This document shows, piece after piece, positions 7,459 through 16,541 of a stretch of 60,667 nucleotides of DNA. Positions within the stretch are counted from its first letter, which is position 1, and each line of letters starts with the position of its first letter. A model generated the notes under the pieces. It did not search any database and was not told where the DNA came from. It saw only the letters and a program-made list of their open reading frames with translations. A program made the translations under genes and the position numbers. This DNA comes from a virus: IMG/VR virus record IMGVR_UViG_3300023235_000002; one strand, written 5' to 3'.

Positions 7459-9992
7459 TATCTTTTTCTCTCCGAAATAGCAGTTCCTATAGTATCACCA
7501 GGGAACAAAGACCCAAATATATTTCTGTCCAATACGGGAGTAGCACCTTGGTTCATTTCACTAGGTTGAATTTGAGGAGGTCGTCTTCCCATTTTGTCCT
7601 CTGTACCTTTAAGTAGCCCCATTGATTGCTGAGCAGCTCCTAGAATAGAGGGAGTTTGTTCAACTCTTACATCAAGTAGTCTATCTCCTCCAGGTGTGTT
7701 TATTCTTTTTTTGATTAAAGGATCTGGTTTTTTTGTAATACCTTTTCTAACTTTCCCCAGAATACTTGTAGTTTCATCACCTATTTGAGAAAGCACTTTA
7801 TCTCTTCCTTTTCTTTGTATTACTAATTCACCTGCTCTGTCGAAAGCATTTCTAGTGGCCAATAAAGCATTAATACCTCCCCATTTTAAGGCAATTGCTC
7901 CTAAAAAACCTCTAGAGGCTTGTTGAACCATTCTTTGCATTAAGCTAGCTGTATTAGACATATTCATTATATCTGTCGGTGCAGTTGTCTTTCTAACTTG
8001 ACCCACAAATCCTCTTAGATGTTTTATTTCTTTTGCAGTGAACAATTCTTTCATAAAATCTTTATTATTTTTAAATACTTCATCAAATTCTCTTACTAAA
8101 GTAGCAGGTAAAAACTTATCATTTTTAATACTATTGGACATAACTCTTTCCAAGGCTGCTGTTCTTAAAGATACAAAATCAGAGTTAGTTAATGATTTTT
8201 CTATGTCGGTTACTCCCATAATTTTTTTTAATCTTTTAATTACCTTTAAAGGAATTTGACCTGCTCCTAGTTTTTTAGCTCCTATTGCATAGTTCATTAC
8301 TTCAAAGGGAGTAATATCTACGTCATTAATAATTTTGTGAAGAACTTCCCCTGCTTTATCTTTGATCACCACTCCATTTTTAACTATAGGATTAATTCCT
8401 AAAAGTCTTTCTCTCTCTACTACGGATCCACGTGCTTTTTTAATTGCTTTTAACACGTCATCTCCACCTGCAAACAATGCGTTATCTACATTATCGGAAA
8501 AAAATTTATCATATGATTTTTTAATGCTGACTAAAGCACGGTAATCAGGGCCTCCTTCTTTTTTAGCTTGACCGATTAAATCATTTAAATACTGTCTTCT
8601 TTTCTCAAAAGTGTCAAATACAACATCCTCTACTTTTTTACCACCTGATGATTTACGTACTTGTGTTACCAAATCATCTATTGATTTTAAAGCAGCTACT
8701 GTACCTGGCATAATTCTAGGCTCAATAACTCCAACCGAATCTATCACTCCTTTTCTTGTGCTGTTGGCTAGTAGTTGAATATTACTTCCTCCTCCTGTGT
8801 ATAGTGCTCGTTTATCTACTTGATTATATGCAGTGTTCGTAACATCAATTGCGTCATCATACTTTTTTCTTATTAATTCTCTTATATTTCCTCCAACTTT
8901 ATCTAGGTCTAGGTCTTCTATATCAATTTGACCTTTATTAAATCTATTCATTATACTTTTAAATCCGTCTTTTATTTGTATATTTTGCTTTTCTAAAAAC
9001 TCTATAGATTGTCTTTGTGCCGTAGTACCAAAGGCACCTTTGGCTGCTTCATATAGATTGGCTAAGGATATTTTATCTTTTGCTAAACCCGTTTGAGATG
9101 ATGCCATATCAATACCAAATTCAGCTTCTTCTTTTACTTTACTAATATCGTTTCTTAGTCCTTTATTAAAATTTTTAAAAAATTTGTCTATAAATTCATC
9201 GTTTACAGTATTAGGATCTGCCCCAGATTCTTCTAATACTTTTTTTCCTTCATCTGTTAAAGATATGGTTCCATCTTCTTTTTTATTTACATATTTTTTA
9301 TTTTTACCCATTCTCTTTAGAACACTCATAATTCCTCGACCAAGGGGAACTACAGCACCTTCAAAAGCAACGGGTACAGCAAGTGCCATACCAGTTTTGG
9401 GTAGATTAATGTAGTCTTCCGCTCCTAGTGCTTTAGCACCAAGATCTTGACCCACAGAAGTAGCTCCACTAACTGCAGATTGACCTAATACTCTTTTTAA
9501 ATAAGATTTAGCAGCTTTTTTAGCTACCATATTATATCCAGGAATATATTGAAGGATTTGACTAGTAGTTTGCAAGGCATCTTGAAAAGAGGCTCCTGGT
9601 TTATTTAAGTAAAAGTTTCTACCATCAGGTACATTAATAATTGCGTTTCCATATTTATCTTCTCGGACAGATGCACCTGGAATAGCTTTTTGAATAATTT
9701 CTGCTTGAGATTTTTGGTCAGGGGTTAAGGATAATGCTACTGCCGTAGTGAAGGATCCCTCACCTGTATAAGATCCAATCTCTGGCATAGCAGCAAATTC
9801 AGTTCTTTTTGTCCCTGAAAAAAGATCCGCTGTTTTATCAAATATATCATCGGTGTCTTCTTGTTGAGCGTTATTTGACCTAGCTTTCTGTATTAGTCTT
9901 TGCTCAATGTCCATGGAAGATGAGTCGGAAGACGAATTAGTTGGATTTGATTTTTGCTTAAGTCTTTGTATAAATTCTTGTTCACTTGACAT
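7458..9992 (-). CDS. Large internal virion (ejection) protein candidate
   Basis: 844 aa. Last of a run of large Gly/Ala/Gln-rich proteins downstream of the tail genes, matching T7 gp14-16 positional logic. Confidence 0.4.
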   Translation of the reverse strand: MSSEQEFIQRLKQKSNPTNSSSDSSSMDIEQRLIQKARSNNAQQEDTDDIFDKTADLFSGTKRTEFAAMPEIGSYTGEGSFTTAVALSLTPDQKSQAEIIQKAIPGASVREDKYGNAIINVPDGRNFYLNKPGASFQDALQTTSQILQYIPGYNMVAKKAAKSYLKRVLGQSAVSGATSVGQDLGAKALGAEDYINLPKTGMALAVPVAFEGAVVPLGRGIMSVLKRMGKNKKYVNKKEDGTISLTDEGKKVLEESGADPNTVNDEFIDKFFKNFNKGLRNDISKVKEEAEFGIDMASSQTGLAKDKISLANLYEAAKGAFGTTAQRQSIEFLEKQNIQIKDGFKSIMNRFNKGQIDIEDLDLDKVGGNIRELIRKKYDDAIDVTNTAYNQVDKRALYTGGGSNIQLLANSTRKGVIDSVGVIEPRIMPGTVAALKSIDDLVTQVRKSSGGKKVEDVVFDTFEKRRQYLNDLIGQAKKEGGPDYRALVSIKKSYDKFFSDNVDNALFAGGDDVLKAIKKARGSVVERERLLGINPIVKNGVVIKDKAGEVLHKIINDVDITPFEVMNYAIGAKKLGAGQIPLKVIKRLKKIMGVTDIEKSLTNSDFVSLRTAALERVMSNSIKNDKFLPATLVREFDEVFKNNKDFMKELFTAKEIKHLRGFVGQVRKTTAPTDIMNMSNTASLMQRMVQQASRGFLGAIALKWGGINALLATRNAFDRAGELVIQRKGRDKVLSQIGDETTSILGKVRKGITKKPDPLIKKRINTPGGDRLLDVRVEQTPSILGAAQQSMGLLKGTEDKMGRRPPQIQPSEMNQGATPVLDRNIFGSLFPGDTIGTAISERKR

Positions 9993-10001
9993 AGCTTACC
10001 T

Positions 10002-11177
10002 TTATTTAACTTTAAACAATTGTTCTTTCAGTACTTTCCCTACTCTTACTTTTCTTATTTCAAACTTATCTCCTAATTGTATACTGGGATCATTTCTTCG
10101 TTCTCTAATTTCGTCTAACTCTTCTTGTGTCTCTATAGTTACCAAGTTCCTACCAAAACTACCCCCTGACTTACTAGAGCCATTTCTTTTTGACCCAGTT
10201 AATATTGCTCTTTGATCAGGAGTCAGAGCTTCCTGTATGTTCTCAGTCTCAAATTGTAGTAATTTCTGGTCAAGACTTTTACCATTGTTATCTCTACCTC
10301 CAGCACCGAAGTTAGCTATATGTGAATTAGTTAGTTTTGCTTTTGCAATGTTATTTTCATTTGCTTTTTTAAATAGGCTAACTAGAACAAGAGCTGATTC
10401 TCTTGTCATCTCTTGGCTTAGGTTTAAATCTTGAATAAACTTTAATTCTTTCTCAGATAAAGCACCTTTTAATTGACCTAGATCAGATAAAATCTTTTGC
10501 CCTGATAATTTTCTTAACACTTCCACTCCTGTTATATCGGTTACACCAGTGCTACCGAAACCTATTCCTTCAAAAACTCTTTGCGCTCCTTCAGAAAGAT
10601 TAGCAAATGCACCAAAAGTCATCTTTGGATTTTCTAAAACTGCAGATATAATTTCTAACGTCTGTTCATTTTTAGCTGCCTTAGAGCCTGCTTCTTGAGC
10701 ACCAAGAATTTTTGTAGCTAGTCCTTTCGCCAAGTCTTTTTCTAGTGTTGATTCAAATAATTTTTGTTTTTCAATGTTTTTCACATCACCTGTAGTTAAA
10801 TCTTTTTTCCAAGTTCCTTGAGGTAATCCTTCACCTACTCTTTGCTTTTCTGTTAGTACAACGAACTTACTGCCGTCTTTTGGTTTGTTGACTTGATCAA
10901 TCGCTGCGATAGTCTTTTTAGCTTCTCCTAGTCCACCTAATCCTTGACCAAATGCTCTTGAAAAACTAGACATTTGAGATTCTCCTGGCATGGTTCGAGC
11001 TCCTGTTAAAGCTTTAACAAAGGGGGCTAAAGTAATTGCAGTTCGCTCTCCTTTGGATAAACCACCTTGATTAAATTTTTGTATGTTAGCTAATCCGCCT
11101 TGATTAAATTTATTTTTTGACTTTTGCTCAGTTAGGTACTTAGCTTTAAATAAAGGTCTTAGTAAAATATCATCCAT
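10002..11177 (-). CDS. Internal virion protein candidate carrying a duplicated KFNQGGL motif
   Basis: 391 aa. N-terminal KNKFNQGGLANIQKFNQGGLSK, shared with 12625..13896. Confidence 0.4.
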   Translation of the reverse strand: MDDILLRPLFKAKYLTEQKSKNKFNQGGLANIQKFNQGGLSKGERTAITLAPFVKALTGARTMPGESQMSSFSRAFGQGLGGLGEAKKTIAAIDQVNKPKDGSKFVVLTEKQRVGEGLPQGTWKKDLTTGDVKNIEKQKLFESTLEKDLAKGLATKILGAQEAGSKAAKNEQTLEIISAVLENPKMTFGAFANLSEGAQRVFEGIGFGSTGVTDITGVEVLRKLSGQKILSDLGQLKGALSEKELKFIQDLNLSQEMTRESALVLVSLFKKANENNIAKAKLTNSHIANFGAGGRDNNGKSLDQKLLQFETENIQEALTPDQRAILTGSKRNGSSKSGGSFGRNLVTIETQEELDEIRERRNDPSIQLGDKFEIRKVRVGKVLKEQLFKVK

Positions 11178-11178
11178 G

Positions 11179-12240
11179 TTACGCTTTCCCTTGAACTCCT
11201 TGATAAGCAGCGAATGCTCCTAATCCAGTTCCTACCGATTGTGCTAAAGGACTACTAGCTGGTGCCGTAGCGGCAGTAATTCCAGACTGTGAAGTAGGAC
11301 CTGCTGCGTATTGGTTTTTTAAAAACTCTAATCTTTGATATGGCTCGTACTGTTGTTGTAGCTGAGACTGTCTTCCTGCATCTAATGTTGATTGAGCAAG
11401 TTGTCTTTGTAATCCGCCACTAGCCATTAATTGATTAATATCACCTTGTGCTTGTGCTTGTTGGGTAGTACCTAATTGACCTAATAATTGACCCCCTTGT
11501 ATTCCAGCCTGAGAAGCTACTTGCTGTTGATTTTGAGCAGCTTGTAATGCAGTACCAAAACCTTGCTGTTGAGATTGTCCTATTTGACCTAAAATTCTAT
11601 TTTGTAACTCTGCTCTTTGAACTCCTTCTCGTCCTCCTCCAAAAGCACCTGCGTTAACTGCTTGATCTGCGATCCCTTGTTGTTGCATTGCTCCTTGTCT
11701 TGTAATTTCGTCCGTTACATATTGTTGATAAGGATTAAAAAATTGAGATACATTAGGACCAGCTTGAGCTGCTTGTATTCCTTGTAGGGTAGAGGCAATA
11801 CCTTGTTGCGTGGTCGCTTGTCCTACTCCCGTTTGTCCAGCAGCGGTTACCCCTTGTTGCTCTAAAGCACTTAATGGTGCTACTTGTATATCAGGTAATC
11901 TTTCGGGTTGTTGGATAAGGTCTCTCGACATATCCATTAATTCTAATTTTCTTTCTTCAATGCCTGGTGCTTCTCGCACAAAAGAAGTAGTAGTAGAAGG
12001 TGCTCCACCTCCACCGCCTCCTCCTCCAAAGTATTGTTTTAATCCTGTTTCGTGGTTGACGGTTCCTGATCCACCAAACATTCTTAATATCTTAGATTCA
12101 AAACTATTGATATGTGCTAGTTCAGTATCTCCCTTAATACCTTTTCCAGATATATCTTTGTATAAATATTTAAATAACTCAACTTTTTCTTGAGTATTTA
12201 ATTTGTTTTTTATTTCTTGTATTAAATTTCTAGAGTTCAT
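11179..12240 (-). CDS. Gln/Gly-rich internal virion protein candidate (LAHIN-GGSG module, Gly8 run)
   Basis: 353 aa. GDTELAHINSFESKILRMFGGSGTVNHETGL, then GGGGGGGG, then a Q-rich region. Confidence 0.4.
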   Translation of the reverse strand: MNSRNLIQEIKNKLNTQEKVELFKYLYKDISGKGIKGDTELAHINSFESKILRMFGGSGTVNHETGLKQYFGGGGGGGGAPSTTTSFVREAPGIEERKLELMDMSRDLIQQPERLPDIQVAPLSALEQQGVTAAGQTGVGQATTQQGIASTLQGIQAAQAGPNVSQFFNPYQQYVTDEITRQGAMQQQGIADQAVNAGAFGGGREGVQRAELQNRILGQIGQSQQQGFGTALQAAQNQQQVASQAGIQGGQLLGQLGTTQQAQAQGDINQLMASGGLQRQLAQSTLDAGRQSQLQQQYEPYQRLEFLKNQYAAGPTSQSGITAATAPASSPLAQSVGTGLGAFAAYQGVQGKA

Positions 12241-12653
12241 AATAGTTTCTCAATTTGTACGTGTGTTTTTTTAAATCCCTTTTCTTTAAGAATTCGTTCC
12301 CATCCAGGTCTTGCAAATATTTCCATTTTTGCACAGCCACTTGATTTAGCCCATTCGCATATACGATCCATGTAGTTATACCAGCGTTCAAATTGTTCAC
12401 CAGTCGTAATCCTAAGGTCGCAAACTTTAAAATTAGGATATTGCCTAATCTCAGTGACGCAACAACAAAGCACAGCATTAGTGTCTTTATCGACAGCCAT
12501 CCATAGTTGCATGAGCCCTGCTTCCAGAAATTCCAATATATGTTTCGCATTATATCCTCCATTTGTATTACATGCTTGTTCCACTAAAGGTTCCGCCAAA
12601 GACCATACCTTATATACTTCTTCTTTAGTGAAGTTTACGAGCTCTGTTTTCAT
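12237..12653 (-). CDS. GNAT-fold acetyltransferase-like protein
   Basis: 138 aa. C-terminal ...ICEWAKSSGCAKMEIFARPGWERILKEKGFKK resembles the GNAT motif A/B region. Confidence 0.35.
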   Translation of the reverse strand: MKTELVNFTKEEVYKVWSLAEPLVEQACNTNGGYNAKHILEFLEAGLMQLWMAVDKDTNAVLCCCVTEIRQYPNFKVCDLRITTGEQFERWYNYMDRICEWAKSSGCAKMEIFARPGWERILKEKGFKKTHVQIEKLL

Positions 12654-13896
12654 TTAACAAATCAAATACTCTTTTAAATCGTTTTTGTTGTTCATAAAAA
12701 AACTTAGCCCCTTTTTCTCTCATTTCTTTTTCACTCTTTGGACTTGCTCCAGCTATAATTCCTGCTCCTAGCACTCCATCTGTTCTGGTAACGAATTCTC
12801 CATCAGCTAACTGAGCCAATAAAGTGTCTTCATTTTTATGTCCATTGTTATCTTCAATATATCCATTAAGTCTCATATAATTATTAACATCATTTTCATC
12901 ATGAGTAATTTTATTAGGTACTTTACTTAATCCACCTTCGTTGAATTTTCGGATACTTGCTAGTCCACCTTGATTGTATTCTTTAGGGTAAAAAGTTTTT
13001 TCAGTAAATTGATAAGGACTTGTATCTCTAGAACCATACAGTTCTTCTGGAGATCTCTGCATCGCTACATCTACTTGATTACCTTGTTCATCAATTCTTT
13101 GTAATGGTCCTCTTGCTTGTCTTAATTCTGGGTAGTTAATATTGTACGTAGGTTGGTACATTGTTTGTGGTTTATCTTTAAAAGCTCCACTAGCATATAG
13201 TAATGCAGGGACACCAAATAAAGTTGCTCCCTTAGCTATCTTGTCAATGTCGTAAGCACCGTCTGTTTTAAATACATCTTGAACTTGTTCTAGATAACCT
13301 CCATCGGTTCCTGTATTAGGAGAAGCTACACCAAAACCATAACCACCACCTATATCTCCTTCATCAAATCCTGCTGTAGGTATTTGAGTAGCGATACCTG
13401 TTGGTGTATTACTCATACTAACATTAGCAGTTTCACCTACTCCATAAGGTACATTAGTAGTAGGGAGCATATTAGAGTTATTAGCTTGATTAATTATGTC
13501 TGAAGTACTCTGTCCTGGAAACGCTTCATCTACGGTCAAGTTGTTAGCCATAGATACTTGATCAGCGGCACTAGTTACTCCAGGTATTTGTCCTGGTGTA
13601 TTAAACATGTTATATCCCATTTGAGCTATCATAGGATCTACTCCTAATTTTTTAGCTCCTCTTTGTAGAACACCTTGCTTAGCACTCTCAATTAATAAAG
13701 ATTTAATTCCTTGTTTTCCACTCTCTTGAGCAAAAGCTTGTGCGTATGGATTAGCTGCTGCTCCAGCTGGATTAATAAAAGACATTCCTCCAGAAAGAGC
13801 ACCTGTCTTTAAAGAATCTTTAGTACTAGCGCCACCAAGTTTAGCCGCCGCCGCTGAGCCTCCTCCTATTATTAATGCAAGTGTTAATGGATCCAT
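12625..13896 (-). CDS. Internal virion protein candidate (Gly-rich N-terminus, NQGGLA/KFNEGGLS motif)
   Basis: 423 aa. EYNQGGLASIRKFNEGGLSK at aa 307-325. Confidence 0.4.
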   Translation of the reverse strand: MDPLTLALIIGGGSAAAAKLGGASTKDSLKTGALSGGMSFINPAGAAANPYAQAFAQESGKQGIKSLLIESAKQGVLQRGAKKLGVDPMIAQMGYNMFNTPGQIPGVTSAADQVSMANNLTVDEAFPGQSTSDIINQANNSNMLPTTNVPYGVGETANVSMSNTPTGIATQIPTAGFDEGDIGGGYGFGVASPNTGTDGGYLEQVQDVFKTDGAYDIDKIAKGATLFGVPALLYASGAFKDKPQTMYQPTYNINYPELRQARGPLQRIDEQGNQVDVAMQRSPEELYGSRDTSPYQFTEKTFYPKEYNQGGLASIRKFNEGGLSKVPNKITHDENDVNNYMRLNGYIEDNNGHKNEDTLLAQLADGEFVTRTDGVLGAGIIAGASPKSEKEMREKGAKFFYEQQKRFKRVFDLLNENRARKLH

Positions 13897-13929
13897 TTTT
13901 TATAAATACTGTTTAACCCTGATTTTATC

Positions 13930-14769
13930 TTATTTATCAGGGAGTATCAACTCATCGGCAAATCTTCCTGTATATTGGTGCTCTCCTACATGAGTAATAT
14001 AATCCATAATCCAAGCATGGCATTTACCCCCAATATTTTTCCACCGTTGACAGAAAGCAAAATCTTCACCTGTGTAAGAATGCTTAATTGGATCAAATTG
14101 TGTATCAAAGAAGTTCCAAAAATTAGGTAGTTTTTCATTTTTACCATTAATAACTTGATCTTGATCAATTCTCATTTCTGGATAAGCTTCTATCATTTTA
14201 AGTATAACTTCTCTTTTAATGAGCATAAATCCAGTAGGGGAATGCTCTACTTCAATAACTCCATCTTTTAATTTTATCTCTTCATTATTATTGACTTTCA
14301 TAGGATACCTATAAAAAGACTTGTTTCTTAAGTCCTTAGCCTCTTTAACCTTACCTTCTTTAATCATATGCATTCCTTTATCCCAATTAATATCTTTCAA
14401 AGGATAGGGGATAGAAATAACATCCTTATCATGAGCCACCATTCGTTCTGGAGATCCTTCATTAAAAGAAATATCCGAATCAATAAATAAAAGATGAGTA
14501 GCTTTACTCCCTAAAAAAGCACTGACACACATATTTCTACCTTGAGTTACCAAGGATGATTTCATTAACTGAAAAGATATTTTTACGTTTTTATTAAAAC
14601 AATAAGCCTGTAATCGTAATAAAGATTGAGCGTAATGAATAGAGCATTCACTATGTACAGGGGTGGCAACAAATAAAGAATATCCTGCTTCTTTTTTCTT
14701 TACCTTAGTTCCCTGATCCGTGGTCTCTGATTTCTCATCAAACCATATAGGTTCATGATTATTTTGCAT
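13930..14769 (-). CDS. Glycosyltransferase, GT-A-like with a DxD motif
   Basis: LFVATPVHS...RNMCVSAFLGSKATHLLFIDSDISF...DKDVISIPYP pattern. Confidence 0.55.
   Translation of the reverse strand: MQNNHEPIWFDEKSETTDQGTKVKKKEAGYSLFVATPVHSECSIHYAQSLLRLQAYCFNKNVKISFQLMKSSLVTQGRNMCVSAFLGSKATHLLFIDSDISFNEGSPERMVAHDKDVISIPYPLKDINWDKGMHMIKEGKVKEAKDLRNKSFYRYPMKVNNNEEIKLKDGVIEVEHSPTGFMLIKREVILKMIEAYPEMRIDQDQVINGKNEKLPNFWNFFDTQFDPIKHSYTGEDFAFCQRWKNIGGKCHAWIMDYITHVGEHQYTGRFADELILPDK
14712..14729 (-). repeat. Recurrent motif copy (minus strand CAGAGACCACGGATCAGG) inside the GT-A gene
   Basis: 18-nt exact identity with 40093..40110. Confidence 0.9.
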
Positions 14770-15685
14770 CTATAACTCCTGTTAAAAAATTAGTCCATTC
14801 ATGTTTTCTATTCTCCCATTTATAAAATTTATTATAAAAAGAAACTTGAGCATCTAATAAATTTTGCATTCCTTTTGTGTGTAACTGATCTGTGATACCT
14901 TCAATAGCATAAGCAAAACATTTAGATAGGTTCCTGTAGTTGGTATCATATTGAACGTACGTGGGCCACTCAGAACATGTTTCAAATAAAGCTCCGTAAT
15001 TAGTTACAATACCATGTAGCCCACTTCCCAACGCTTCTATCGCAGACATACAGGAAGTCTCTTCCCATATATTAGGATAAGCAAATATATGATACTCAGA
15101 TATTTTTTTCATAATATCTTCATTGGAAGCATATCCTATATAATTTACATTAGGTAATTTCTTTGCTTGATCATATAAAGGTTTATATACATCATCGTTT
15201 TTATCTTTAAACGCATCTCCGTAAATTTGTGTAGAGGAATATACATCTAATTCAATTAAAGGGTTTTTAATAAGTTGCATCGCTCCTAGTAACACACTTA
15301 ATCCTCTCCAAGGAGTAGAGGTGTAGATCAGTTTTAATTTTTGACCTTTTTGATATGCCGCTCTACCAGGAAAATGTTCTATAGCATTTTTAATCACCGC
15401 ACATTTATGAGGAGGTAGATGAAACATCATTCTAAATTTTTCAGCAGACCAATGACTGTTGAACACATACCAATCATACTTAGAATGATTGGAAGGGTCT
15501 TTCATCCAAGGTGCAATATTACCTTGATCATAGGAATTTTGTTCCCAAAGAATATTTATTTTAGTAGAAGATAAGGGTATTTTTTCAGGGACAGAAGTAG
15601 TGATCTGAACTTTGTCTAATAGATCATTATCTACATGCTTATACAATTGAGCATGTTGAAGCTCTGTTCCGCCTAAAGGCTTCAT
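14759..15685 (-). CDS. Glycosyltransferase, GT-B fold (group 1/GT4-like)
   Basis: C-terminal FAYPNIWEETSCMSAIEALGSGLHGIVTNYGALFE resembles the EX7E region of GT1-family enzymes. Confidence 0.6.
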   Translation of the reverse strand: MKPLGGTELQHAQLYKHVDNDLLDKVQITTSVPEKIPLSSTKINILWEQNSYDQGNIAPWMKDPSNHSKYDWYVFNSHWSAEKFRMMFHLPPHKCAVIKNAIEHFPGRAAYQKGQKLKLIYTSTPWRGLSVLLGAMQLIKNPLIELDVYSSTQIYGDAFKDKNDDVYKPLYDQAKKLPNVNYIGYASNEDIMKKISEYHIFAYPNIWEETSCMSAIEALGSGLHGIVTNYGALFETCSEWPTYVQYDTNYRNLSKCFAYAIEGITDQLHTKGMQNLLDAQVSFYNKFYKWENRKHEWTNFLTGVIDAK

Positions 15686-15688
15686 AAA

Positions 15689-15883
15689 TTAATTTGCTGC
15701 TGGTTTAGTAGTCAGTGAAGCAACAGTAATTTCTAGATCTTGTTGAAAATCTTCTACTGTGGTATCGGTAGCAGGATTGACTACATCAGCATCAAACTCA
15801 GCCTTGTCGGTATAAACAACACCTGTTCTTTTGTTTTTAACAATCTCTTTTGCTTGTGCGGGTATTTTTATTATTTCAGTCAT
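15689..15883 (-). CDS. Hypothetical protein
   Basis: 64-aa co-oriented ORF. Confidence 0.5.
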   Translation of the reverse strand: MTEIIKIPAQAKEIVKNKRTGVVYTDKAEFDADVVNPATDTTVEDFQQDLEITVASLTTKPAAN

Positions 15884-15921
15884 AGTAATTATATAATAGT
15901 TTTAATTTAATTTGTCTACCT

Positions 15922-16032
15922 TTATAAAGGTTTCCCTTGATTAGTCTTTCTTCTTTTTTGCCATTTAGCATGTCTTCCAGGTCTTTTTCTACGTTTACCT
16001 GCTATATGAACTTGGTTAATCTTGTTAGCCAT
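15922..16032 (-). CDS. Unannotated Arg/Lys-rich micro-ORF (36 aa, MANKINQVHIAGKRRKRPGRHAKWQKRRKTNQGKPL)
   Basis: Manual translation. Its ATG shares 1 nt with the stop of 16032..16376 (TAATG). Confidence 0.4.
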   Translation of the reverse strand: MANKINQVHIAGKRRKRPGRHAKWQKRRKTNQGKPL

Positions 16033-16376
16033 TATACATCTTCTCTGTTAATTTCTAATATGGATGCTGTAATATGCAATCTGTTTGCGTCTGCAGCAAC
16101 TACTTCCAATACTTCATTTTCTTGCATAATTAAAGGTTGAGTTATTAATTGCTCTGTTGCATTACCCGATACAACTTTACTTTTAAATAGAACAATTCCA
16201 CCCCCTGAAGCAGGAGCTCCTGGATATAAAGTGATTGTTATACTACTGCCATTATTAGTGTCATCACAAACTAAAATAGATTTTACAATAGCTCTAGAAT
16301 TAGAAGGAACAGTATACAAAGTAGTATCCGTAGCTGCCGTTAAATCAAGTTTTGCGTTTTTATATATATTAGCCAT
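16032..16376 (-). CDS. Hypothetical virion-module protein
   Basis: 114-aa co-oriented ORF. Confidence 0.55.
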   Translation of the reverse strand: MANIYKNAKLDLTAATDTTLYTVPSNSRAIVKSILVCDDTNNGSSITITLYPGAPASGGGIVLFKSKVVSGNATEQLITQPLIMQENEVLEVVAADANRLHITASILEINREDV

Positions 16377-16541
16377 TTAATTTACAAACCAAGTGTACCT
16401 TTCTACTTCTTGTCTTAAATCTTCTTGAAAAGAATTATTTAATTGATTCTTCATTGTTTCTAATGATTGAAGAACTTGTTGTTGATTATCCATACTGTAC
16501 TCTGGAGTAGGTTCTGGAATGTAATTAGTTATTTTAGCCAT
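16377..16541 (-). CDS. Unannotated small ORF (54 aa, MAKITNYIPEPTPEYSMDNQQQVLQSLETMKNQ...)
   Basis: Manual translation. TAATG overlap with the stop of 16541..18688. Its stop abuts the next ATG. Confidence 0.45.
   Translation of the reverse strand: MAKITNYIPEPTPEYSMDNQQQVLQSLETMKNQLNNSFQEDLRQEVERYTWFVN

Noticed and set aside
11998-12030. Gly8-encoding GC-rich run as a slippery, frameshift or phase-variable tract
   Set aside because: The codons are mixed (GGA/GGT/GGC/GGG on the coding strand), not a homopolymer. The reading frame continues normally on both sides
12230-12562. Alternative-frame minus-strand ORF inside the GNAT-like gene. Similar cases are 13986..14168 inside the GT-A gene and 32947..33165 inside the capsid gene
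   Set aside because: They lie on the same strand but out of frame with a longer ORF that has recognisable protein features. Their translations look non-protein-like
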